From: Spirochaetales bacterium | Lineage (GTDB): Bacteria > Spirochaetota > Spirochaetia > JABEVK01 | DNA: 64,000 bases | Reading direction: 5' to 3' | Assembly: GCA_037142615.1 (NCBI GenBank) | Contig: JBAXAI010000009.1 | Span: 1-64,000, forward strand | Shown here: positions 9,407 to 17,153 of the stretch, piece by piece | Numbering within the stretch: position 1 is the stretch's first letter | Layout: the number at the start of each line of letters is the position of its first letter | The notes under the pieces: generated by a model | The model's database searches: none | Told to the model about the DNA's origin: nothing | Seen by the model: only the letters and a program-made list of their open reading frames with translations | Position numbers and translations under genes: made by a program

Positions 9407-10714
9407 CTACCGCAACGCCGCCAAACAGAACACGGCATACAAGGGAACCGAAAAGATCCCATTCTCGAAACCAAAGTTTCTGGTGCTCAACCGTATGGAG
9501 TACGGCGGCGGGTAGAGTTGACCGAACCGATGAAGACTCCTCGACCTCGTGTGCGTGGAAGCCTTCACCTCGATGGGAATCACATCACTCCCCACCGTGA
9601 CCAAAAAATCCACCTCGGCCTGACCCTCCGATTCCCAGTAGGACAACGGGTGCCCGGCAGCGGTCAGGGCCTGGGCAACGTAGTTTTCCGTCAGGGCACC
9701 CAGAAAGCTCTGGTCGGACGCCATCGGTGACAGAAGGGTCTGGGGTGCAATGCCACTGCGCATGGTGAGCAGGCCTGTGTCGGCCAGGTACAACTTGAAA
9801 CTGGCCAGGTCGGCATGCGTGGCCAAAGGGTACAACGGCGGCTGGACCTTCTGGCACTTGAGCACGATGCCGGCCGAACCCAGCCATTCCAGGGCTGCGC
9901 CGAGCAAAGCCGCCGAGCCACCCCGCTGAACCACCTTGTATTGGAACTTGCGGTTTTCCTTGGCCAGCTGCACCGGAATGGACTGGTAGGCGGCCCTGAC
10001 TTTGACGCTCTCGCTCGCGCTGGTGTATTTGGCCATATCGGCCACGTAGTCGTTCAAAATTTGGTTCTGAAGCGTCGGAATCTCAATCAGACTGCCACTT
10101 TGCCTCAACTGGTCGACGACGGCAGGCAATCCCCCGCAAATCAGGTACTTCCGGTACCAGATCACGGCTTCCTCGTGCCACACGGCGTTCAGCGGTTCCC
10201 GGTTGTGGTAGCCCGCCCGGATGGCCAACGCCAAGTCGTCCTGGCCCATGGCCCACAGGAATTCTTCGAAATCGAACGGGTTCAGGTTGAGGGTAGTGAC
10301 GTTGCCCACCGGAAACGATACCGATTCGCGGTGGATGGCCACGCCCAGCAGACTCCCGGCGGCAGCAATGTGGTATTCGGGCGCTATTTCGCGGAAGTAT
10401 TTGAGCGCCGTCAAGGCCCTCGGCGCCGCCTGAATCTCGTCCAGAATGATCAGGGTCTTCCCGGCTTCGATGCGCTGCCCCGAAGCGGCCTCCAGCACCG
10501 GGAGAAGGCGACGGGGTTCTACCGTTTCCAGAAAAGCTTGGGCCACAGCCTGCTGGGCCTCGAGGTTCACATGCACCGTGTTGGCAAACTCGAGCTGGCC
10601 AAACTCGCGCAAGCTAAAGGTCTTGCCCACCTGCCTGGCCCCCTGCAGAACCAACGGCTTGCGCTGAGGGGAGTCTTTCCACTGTCTTAGCGCCCCGATG
10701 ATCTTGCGTCGCAT
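9407..10714 (-). CDS. AAA_14 ATPase with DUF4143 domain
   Basis: GARQVGKT, LDEIQ, AAGSLLG, KLYLADTGLL, EVDF...PIEVK. Confidence 0.9.
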   Translation of the reverse strand: MRRKIIGALRQWKDSPQRKPLVLQGARQVGKTFSLREFGQLEFANTVHVNLEAQQAVAQAFLETVEPRRLLPVLEAASGQRIEAGKTLIILDEIQAAPRALTALKYFREIAPEYHIAAAGSLLGVAIHRESVSFPVGNVTTLNLNPFDFEEFLWAMGQDDLALAIRAGYHNREPLNAVWHEEAVIWYRKYLICGGLPAVVDQLRQSGSLIEIPTLQNQILNDYVADMAKYTSASESVKVRAAYQSIPVQLAKENRKFQYKVVQRGGSAALLGAALEWLGSAGIVLKCQKVQPPLYPLATHADLASFKLYLADTGLLTMRSGIAPQTLLSPMASDQSFLGALTENYVAQALTAAGHPLSYWESEGQAEVDFLVTVGSDVIPIEVKASTHTRSRSLHRFGQLYPPPYSIRLSTRNFGFENGIFSVPLYAVFCLAALR

Positions 10715-10738
10715 GGAACAAGAATGAGCGGATGTGAC

Positions 10739-10786
10739 AGTTAAGTTAAGATTATTCAGAAAATCCTGATAAAAATTAACTTAACT
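10739..10786. promoter_or_regulatory. AT-rich inverted repeat upstream of the AAA_14 gene
   Basis: AGTTAAGTTAA (10739-10749) and TTAACTTAACT (10776-10786) are perfect reverse complements; an imperfect inner repeat (TTATTCAG/CTGATAA) is also present. Confidence 0.6.
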
Positions 10787-10937
10787 CTCACAACCATCGA
10801 CAAGCTCCGCTACGGCGATACCGACCGCCACGCCGTAACCACGTGCTAACGATTCGCAAGCCCGTGCGGGAATGGTTGGGCTCTGCCGGGTAGGCTGGGG
10901 ATACTTCCCCGCATTGCCGGGCTGGAAGGAGATATTC

Positions 10938-11320
10938 ATGAACCCCCACGAAACCTTGACCTACAATGAACCCGCCCGCAAGGTGGTTCCGGACCCGGCC
11001 GGCCACGTGCTGATTTACCCCTCGACCCTGCCGAACACCGTGGTGCTCAACATGACCAACGCCATCCAAGTCGACGGAACCGGGGCCGGGTGGTTTCCGG
11101 CGCCGAGGTCACCCTCAATGGCACCCCGCTAGGCGTACGCGTCGCGCCACCGTGGACCTTCGACCTGAGCCCCGCGTTGCGTCCGGGCGCCAACACCCTC
11201 GAGGTGCTCGTGTACAACACCCTGGCCAACCACTACACGACCATCCCCACCCGTTACCGGGGGAGCCTCGAGTCGGGGTTGATTGGTCCGGTGAGGCTTA
11301 CCAGCCCTCTTCCTTCATGA
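10938..11320 (+). pseudogene. Chimeric glycoside hydrolase remnant: short 5' ORF joined out of frame to a GH2/GH106-type C-terminal beta-domain
   Basis: AAGGAGA SD and ATG at 10938 (MNPHETLTYNEPAR...). A second frame from ~11085 reads GRVVSGAEVTLNGTPLGVRVAPPWTFDLSPALRPGANTLEVLVYNTLAN...SGLIGPVRL. Confidence 0.6.
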
Positions 11321-12509
11321 GGAACTGACGCAGCGGAACGTGGATCACCCCGTCCTGCCCGGCCGCCAAGGGGTCAAGACTGATGACATACCGGGGCCAC
11401 GCATCGCGAAGGGCCAGCAGGTTGCCGAACTCCCGCTCCAGGGTGGCGGGGTCCCTGAGTTGCAGCGCGACCTGCACGTAAATCCTTTTGTCGCCCTTTT
11501 GACCCACAAAATCAACTTCGCGCTTGTTGTCGTGCCCAATGGCGACAGACCAGCCCGAACAAACCAGGTGCTGAAATACGGCGTTTTCCAGCACTTTGCC
11601 CAAGTCCGCCGGTCGGAAGGGTGTCACGACGTGGCGCAGACCGAGGTCGGTGAAGTAGTACTTTTCGCCCACCTCGAGGTACCGCTTGCCGGTAATGTCG
11701 TAGCGTCGAACCTGGGTGGCAAAACAGGCGTCCGTCAAGGCCGTCAGGTAGCCCAAAATGGACGCCGGCGACGCTGTGCTGCGCTGCGATTTCAAAAAGT
11801 CCGCAATGCGCTTAGCGCTCACCAGCGACCCGACGTTGTCGGCCAGGAATCGGACCAAACGTTCCAACAAGTCGGTGTTCCGGATTCCCGTCCGTCCGGC
11901 GACGTCTTTGTAGAGAATGGTCCCGTAGACGCCTTTCAGGTATTCAAACACGACCTCATCGGTCAAATCGAGGTGGTAAAGGAAGGGCAAACCCCCGAGC
12001 CGCAGGAAGAGGGCCAGAGTCTCGTCGGAATCCGGGCGCGCATGGAACCTGAGGAACTCGCGATAACCCAGCGGATAGAGCCGAACCTCAACACACCGGC
12101 CCGAAAGCCGTCCCAGGACATCGACCGATAGAAACCGGGCGTTGCTCCCCGTGCAGTACAAGTCCCGGTCGCCGCGGGCCAAAAGGACGGCCAAGGCTTC
12201 GGTAAAACCCGCAATCTCCTGAACCTCGTCGATCAGCAGAGCACACCGTTCGTTGTTCGCCTGCTCGTTGACCCAGGCCCCAAAAGAAGCCGCATCGCGA
12301 ATGCCTAAAAAACGCTCGTCCTCGGTGGAAAACTCGACGATGCGCAAGCCAGCGTCCAGGCGGTTCAGTTCACTCCGTATCTGACGCAGAAAGTAGCTCT
12401 TGCCGACCCGCCGTTGGCCGGTGATGACCTTGATGACGCCTTTTCCAATAAAAGGGCGCAATCGCTCCATGTATCCATCACGATCAAAGGTTCTTTCGTC
12501 TTGCATCAT
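11298..12509 (-). CDS. AAA_14 ATPase with DUF4143 domain (second, divergent copy)
   Basis: GQRRVGKS, IDEVQ, TGSNA, LSGR, KYYFTDLGL, EVDFV...YVQV. Confidence 0.9.
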   Translation of the reverse strand: MMQDERTFDRDGYMERLRPFIGKGVIKVITGQRRVGKSYFLRQIRSELNRLDAGLRIVEFSTEDERFLGIRDAASFGAWVNEQANNERCALLIDEVQEIAGFTEALAVLLARGDRDLYCTGSNARFLSVDVLGRLSGRCVEVRLYPLGYREFLRFHARPDSDETLALFLRLGGLPFLYHLDLTDEVVFEYLKGVYGTILYKDVAGRTGIRNTDLLERLVRFLADNVGSLVSAKRIADFLKSQRSTASPASILGYLTALTDACFATQVRRYDITGKRYLEVGEKYYFTDLGLRHVVTPFRPADLGKVLENAVFQHLVCSGWSVAIGHDNKREVDFVGQKGDKRIYVQVALQLRDPATLEREFGNLLALRDAWPRYVISLDPLAAGQDGVIHVPLRQFLMKEEGW

Positions 12510-12552
12510 TCCTTAAAGTATAATGAGAACATTCACCTCATCAATGTGTTTC

Positions 12553-12568
12553 TTTCAGCATGCTGAAA
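12553..12568. promoter_or_regulatory. Perfect 16-bp palindrome upstream of the second AAA_14 gene
   Basis: TTTCAGCA-TGCTGAAA, upstream of the TATACT -10 (12517-12522, - strand). Confidence 0.45.
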
Positions 12569-12589
12569 TCGTACTGTTAGGAACTATGA

Positions 12590-12810
12590 TCCCGGCGCAG
12601 GCCGTGGTTTTCGACCAACCGGGGCCGACCGCGTGACTAGGTCTGCGGCCGAGTCATAGCTGATCCTAAACGAAATCCTGCGCCGGGAGATCCACACTTT
12701 GCGCCAGGGAGTCGGCGGGCCGGCCGAACGCTGAGCGTTCCGCCGGGTTCTTCGGCGCAGCCGAAAACGGCACCCCAGAGACACCCCGACCCTCACCGAC
12801 CGGTGAGGGG
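12590..12810. other. Highly structured GC-rich intergenic element (REP/MITE-like or ncRNA)
   Basis: 12-bp inverted repeat TCCCGGCGCAGG/CCTGCGCCGGGA with inner hairpins, a second stem around GAACGC-tga-GCGTTC, and CCCTCACCG/CGGTGAGGG. Confidence 0.35.
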
Positions 12811-12828
12811 GGCGCCCCCCTTCCCGAC

Positions 12829-14529
12829 CTACTTCACCAGCAGCGTGTCGAGGTCGACCTCGCCGAGCGTCGCAGGCACGCCGATGTTCCAGTTTTCGAG
12901 CACCTGAGGGTGCACTTCGCCGAACACGCCGCACTTTTTGCCGCCCACGAACACGTCCGCACCCCGGCCAGGAATGAAGCGAGGGTCGGCACTTTCCTTG
13001 ACGGTGTAATCTGTACCGAGATAGTAGAACAGGCTGGCGACGCGCGCGTTGGTCTGGTTGAAGCCTTCGTCGGCACCAGCGCTCAGCCAGCCCAGGCTGT
13101 TGCGGGTGACGCTGCCCTGGTTGTCGCTGGGCTCGAGCCGAACGATCTTGCCGACCTCAAAGATATGATGCGGGTAAACGGCGTGGGCGCTGGCAGCCTC
13201 GGTTTCGAGCAGGTTGGGGGCCACCGAATTGCGCACAAACTCGTAGTTCTCGGTCATGGGGTTGAGAATCTGCAGCACGTCGTGGCCGCTGATGGTCATC
13301 TTGTCGATGAAGTCCTTCTTGCTGCCCAGGTAGTTGTAAATCATCTCTTGAAAGCCCATGCCGATCATCAGGTCGCGCACCTGGCGGCCAAACAGCTCCT
13401 CGTTGCTGAGGCGGCCCACGGTGGCGTCGCTGGGCGTCTCGGGCTCGAAGTTCGCCATGCCGTGGCCGATCATCACATCTTCGGTGATGTCGACGGGGTG
13501 CAAAAAGTCGTTGCGGTAGGCCGGTGGAATCACGGTGAGAACGCCGTTGGAGTAGCGGCTGCGCACCCCCATTTTCTCGAGCGCCCGCTGGGCCTGGTCG
13601 CCGATGAGGTTGACGCCCAACAGGCGGTTCACGTCTTCGAGCTCGGCGGTGACTTCGGTTTGGAAGTACCGGGGAAAAGTGACTTCGCGGCCAAACTCAG
13701 TGTCGTAGGGGTACACCACCGTCACCGGCAGGATCTCGAACCCGGCATCGGCGAGGTCGCAGGCGACGATGTTGGCGGCCAGCGCCAGGTGGGTGAGCTC
13801 GGTGCCGGTCAGTTCGATGAACAGCTCGGTGTCGCCGGCTTCGACGGCACCGATGGTGGCGCTGTTGATCACCGGCGGGAAGCTCAGCACTCCCCCTTTG
13901 GCATCGGTCAGAAGCGGGAACTTCGGCAGGTGGGCGACGATGGGGCCGAACTCGACGCCCTTGGGATGCTTTTTCAGCATCTCGCGGAGGCTGAGGTTTT
14001 CAGTAAGGCCGAGTGGAACGAACCTGGTGGCGTCGGGGTCGGCGGCGAGGTATTTCACCGGGTAGGTGATGAGGCTCGAACGGTACACGCCCATGGCGAT
14101 GCTCTTGCGCTTGCGGCCGTAGTTCCAGCAAAGCTTTTCCTGCGTTTGGATGAGGTCGGCCAGGGTGTCGGCGTCGACCTTGCCCTTGACCGCAAAGGCG
14201 GCGATGTAGGGGCGGAGTTTGAGCAGACCGGCGTCGACCTCGACCTTGCGGTTGCCACTGTCCTTGGGCTTGCCGGCGACGCTCAAGAACCCGGAATAGT
14301 CGGGAAGCTTGCCGCCGTGGTAGGTGGCCAGGCCGCGTCCGGCGCCGGCGGTGCTCCACAGGTCGGGGCGGTTGGTGTCGTTGAACTCCAACTTCAGGAT
14401 ACCGGTGGCGGCGTCGTGGCCGTCGACTTCGCTCTTGAGCACGGGAAGCAGCTCGACCAGCTCAGCCACGCTGGGCGTCATATGGGCAAAGCGGTGAAAG
14501 GCCTTTTCGGAAACATCAATTTTCGGCAT
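12829..14529 (-). CDS. pheT: Phenylalanyl-tRNA synthetase beta subunit (short, archaeal/spirochaete type)
   Basis: Start MPKIDVSEK with GGAG SD; NRPDLWS, QEKL, LSFPPVINS, RNDFLHPVDITED, GEVHPQVL. Confidence 0.95.
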   Translation of the reverse strand: MPKIDVSEKAFHRFAHMTPSVAELVELLPVLKSEVDGHDAATGILKLEFNDTNRPDLWSTAGAGRGLATYHGGKLPDYSGFLSVAGKPKDSGNRKVEVDAGLLKLRPYIAAFAVKGKVDADTLADLIQTQEKLCWNYGRKRKSIAMGVYRSSLITYPVKYLAADPDATRFVPLGLTENLSLREMLKKHPKGVEFGPIVAHLPKFPLLTDAKGGVLSFPPVINSATIGAVEAGDTELFIELTGTELTHLALAANIVACDLADAGFEILPVTVVYPYDTEFGREVTFPRYFQTEVTAELEDVNRLLGVNLIGDQAQRALEKMGVRSRYSNGVLTVIPPAYRNDFLHPVDITEDVMIGHGMANFEPETPSDATVGRLSNEELFGRQVRDLMIGMGFQEMIYNYLGSKKDFIDKMTISGHDVLQILNPMTENYEFVRNSVAPNLLETEAASAHAVYPHHIFEVGKIVRLEPSDNQGSVTRNSLGWLSAGADEGFNQTNARVASLFYYLGTDYTVKESADPRFIPGRGADVFVGGKKCGVFGEVHPQVLENWNIGVPATLGEVDLDTLLVK

Positions 14530-14540
14530 GGTGGGCTCCT

Positions 14541-16082
14541 TTAACTCCGCTTCCGCTGGCGAAGCGAGTCGAGATTGTTGGTGAACAGTTCGCGCAGGTC
14601 GTTGAGGCCCAACTGCATGAGAGCCATGCGGTCGATGCCCAGACCCCACGCCAGCACGGGCACGTCGATGCCGAGGCTCTTGGTCACTTCGGGGCGGAAG
14701 ATGCCCGAACCGCCGAGTTCGAACCAGCCGAGCACGGGATGCTTGATGTGCACTTCGATCGACGGTTCGGTGAAGGGGAAGTAGCCCGGCACATACTTCA
14801 CTTCGGTGGCGCCGGCTACCTCCATGGCGAACATTTTGAGCAGGCCGAGCAGGGTCTTGAGGTTGACGTCTTTGCCGAGCACGATGCCCTCGGTCTGGTG
14901 GAAGTCGGCGCCGTGGGTGGCATCGACCTGGTCGTAGCGGAAGCAGCGCACGATGCCGAAGTACTTGCCCGGCACCTTGGCCTTGGGAAGTTGCTTGGCT
15001 GAAAGCACCGTTCCCTGCGAGCGGAGAACCAGGCGGCGGGTGAAGTCGTGGTCGAACTGGTAACCCCAGCCCCGGCTTCCGGTGTCGCCCCCGTCGGTGT
15101 GGGCCGCGGCGACCTTGCTCAGCCAGGGTTCTTCGATGGCCTTGGCGTGGGTAGGGTTCTTCAGGTAGTACACGTCGTGGATGTCGCGGGCGGCGTGGAA
15201 CTGGGGCATGAACAGCGCGTCGCCGTTCCAAAACTCAGTTTCGACCAGCGGCCCGTCGAACTCCTCGAAGCCCAGGCTCACCAGCTTGTCTTTGACGCTG
15301 ATGATGAACTCTTGGTAGGGGTTGCGGCGGCCAATGATGAGCCGGGCTGCGGGAGCCTGCACGTTGTAGGCGCGGAAGGTGCGGCCTTTCCAAGCACCGC
15401 TGGCCAGAAGGACTGGGGTAAGCACGTTGACCTCTTCGCCGGTGACGCCTTTGGCCTTGAGCGCGGTGGCAGCGTCACCGGCAGCGGGGGTGAGGGTGTA
15501 GGTGACGGTTTCGCGGTCGCTGGTTTTGAACGGGCTGGTGGCGGCGCCGCGTTTCTTGGCCGCGCCGGCCATCACGGCGGCCTCTTCGGGGGACAGACCC
15601 CCCTCGTCAAGCTCGGTTTCGGCGGCCTTTGACAGCAGTGAGCGCAGGATCTTCATGCGTGGCGAAGGTTCGGCGGTCTTGCGGACGATGCGCTTGGCCT
15701 CGTCCATCCCGAGCAGGCCTTCTTTGGCGAGCTGGCCGTAGGCGCTGCCCATGTCCTTCTGCTCCAAACCGAGCAACCCAGCGGCCTCGGCCATGGGAAT
15801 AGGGCCCTTTTCGAGCGCTTCGAGCAGGTCTTCTTCGGGGGTGCCGTGGGCGAGTTGCTCGCGGCCCAGGTCGGTGATCTCGTACACGGTTTTGGTGGAG
15901 CGACCGGACTCGGCGGCCAGAGCTTTGCCCACGAGCCAGCTGAAGGCCTGGTTGGACTGTCCGACTTTGTAGTCCAGCTTCTGTGCCAGCAGTTCCGCTG
16001 TGAGCGCCGTTCCAGGACCAAAGCTCAGCAGAATCTTCACCTCAAGCGGGTGAAGGCTTTTCACCAACGAGTCCCAGTCCAT
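14541..16082 (-). CDS. pheS: Phenylalanyl-tRNA synthetase alpha subunit (long, archaeal/spirochaete type)
   Basis: LFMPQFHAARD, FRYDQVDATH, YFPFTEPS, SGIFRPEV, AWGLGIDR; long N-terminal extension. Confidence 0.95.
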   Translation of the reverse strand: MDWDSLVKSLHPLEVKILLSFGPGTALTAELLAQKLDYKVGQSNQAFSWLVGKALAAESGRSTKTVYEITDLGREQLAHGTPEEDLLEALEKGPIPMAEAAGLLGLEQKDMGSAYGQLAKEGLLGMDEAKRIVRKTAEPSPRMKILRSLLSKAAETELDEGGLSPEEAAVMAGAAKKRGAATSPFKTSDRETVTYTLTPAAGDAATALKAKGVTGEEVNVLTPVLLASGAWKGRTFRAYNVQAPAARLIIGRRNPYQEFIISVKDKLVSLGFEEFDGPLVETEFWNGDALFMPQFHAARDIHDVYYLKNPTHAKAIEEPWLSKVAAAHTDGGDTGSRGWGYQFDHDFTRRLVLRSQGTVLSAKQLPKAKVPGKYFGIVRCFRYDQVDATHGADFHQTEGIVLGKDVNLKTLLGLLKMFAMEVAGATEVKYVPGYFPFTEPSIEVHIKHPVLGWFELGGSGIFRPEVTKSLGIDVPVLAWGLGIDRMALMQLGLNDLRELFTNNLDSLRQRKRS

Positions 16083-16128
16083 ACGCGCTCCCCAAGAAAA
16101 TGGTGCCACTTTTATAGCAGAAAGGGCC

Positions 16129-16761
16129 TCAGTAGACAACAACCTCGCGGTCGAGGGCACGCCACAGGTACCAGACCGCCACCGTGCGCCAAGGCCTCCA
16201 CGTTTCGGCCCGCGCTTCGAGGAGTTTCACGTCGAGGGGGTAGTCCCAGCCGAATTGCCGCGAGGCCGCCTGCAACAACCCGATGTCGCCCACGGGGAGC
16301 AAGTCCGGGCGCCTGAGATGAAAGATGAGGAACATCTCAGCGGTCCACCGGCCGATTCCCTTGAGCGCCACCAGTTCGCGCAGCACCTGGGCGTCGGTCT
16401 CGGTTTCCCAGCGAACGGGGTCGAGGGTGCCGTCGGCAAAGGCTGCTGCGAGCACCCGCACATACTCCACTTTGCGGACTGAAAGCCCGGCGGCCTTGAG
16501 TTCGAGGTCAGAAACCCGGTTGACGGCGGCCGGAGTCCATTCGCCGAGCAGGGTTGCCAGTCGCCCAAAAATCGCCGCTGCCGCCGCCACCGAAATCTGC
16601 TGGCCGACGATGGCGTTCACAAGCACTTGGAACGGATCACCGCTCGACCGGATGAACTCGCCGGGGAACTCGTCGAACAGAGGGGCGAGACCAGGGTCGG
16701 CGCTCCGAAGGTGGGTGACGGCGAGTTGCCAACTTTGGGGATTCAGGCTCCGCGAAGTCAT
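16129..16761 (-). CDS. alkA: DNA-3-methyladenine glycosylase II family (HhH-GPD)
   Basis: IVGQQISVAAA, LKGIGRWTAEMFLIF, LPVGDIGL, WRPWRTVA. Confidence 0.88.
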   Translation of the reverse strand: MTSRSLNPQSWQLAVTHLRSADPGLAPLFDEFPGEFIRSSGDPFQVLVNAIVGQQISVAAAAAIFGRLATLLGEWTPAAVNRVSDLELKAAGLSVRKVEYVRVLAAAFADGTLDPVRWETETDAQVLRELVALKGIGRWTAEMFLIFHLRRPDLLPVGDIGLLQAASRQFGWDYPLDVKLLEARAETWRPWRTVAVWYLWRALDREVVVY

Positions 16762-16776
16762 GCTAGAGTTGTACCA
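16761..16776. promoter_or_regulatory. Overlapping divergent extended -10 elements for leaderless alkA and the TIGR03987-lhr operon
   Basis: + strand: TGc-TAGAGT-6 nt-ATG(16776). - strand: TGg-TACAAC-6 nt-ATG(16761). Only 14 bp separate the start codons and there is no SD. Confidence 0.55.
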
Positions 16777-17153
16777 TGTCAACAACTCTTCTCGTCGCTA
16801 TCACCTTCATCTTCTCGGCGCTCATTCTGTACACCGTTGGTGTTTGGGCCGAAAAACTCGGCGGGCGCCTCAAGTGGTGGCACGTCGTCGTGTTCTACTT
16901 CGGCGTCACCTGCGACACCATCGGTACCGGCGCCATGGGCCTGCTGGCCGGCAGCCTCATCCAGTTCAACCTGCACGGCCTCACCGGCATGCTGGCCATT
17001 TTGCTGATGCTCTTCCACGCGGTCTGGGCAACGGTGGTCCTCATCCGCAAGGACGAAGCGCTGATCAAAAGCTTTCACAAGTTCAGCCTGGTCGTCTGGA
17101 GTATCTGGCTGGTCCCCATGATCTCGGGCATGGTGTTGGGTAGCTCTGTGTGA
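16776..17153 (+). CDS. TIGR03987/HsmA-family small membrane protein
   Basis: ALILYTVGVWAEK...LKWWH...CDTIGT...HGLTG...HAVWAT...FHKFSLVVWSIWLVP. Confidence 0.8.
   Translation: MSTTLLVAITFIFSALILYTVGVWAEKLGGRLKWWHVVVFYFGVTCDTIGTGAMGLLAGSLIQFNLHGLTGMLAILLMLFHAVWATVVLIRKDEALIKSFHKFSLVVWSIWLVPMISGMVLGSSV

Noticed and set aside
12590-12810. tRNA, SRP RNA, T-box or known riboswitch
   Set aside because: No TTCRA T-loop/CCA end, no SRP domain IV motif, and it lies downstream of pheT rather than in a leader; kept only as an unexplained structure.
7781-12828. Prophage, IS or integrative element
   Set aside because: No integrase, transposase, terminal repeat pair or att duplication was recognised.
14530-15231. 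Apparent 800-aa PheT with an Arg-rich N-terminal extension
   Set aside because: The extension is an alternative frame of pheS; the true start is ATG 14529 with an SD.
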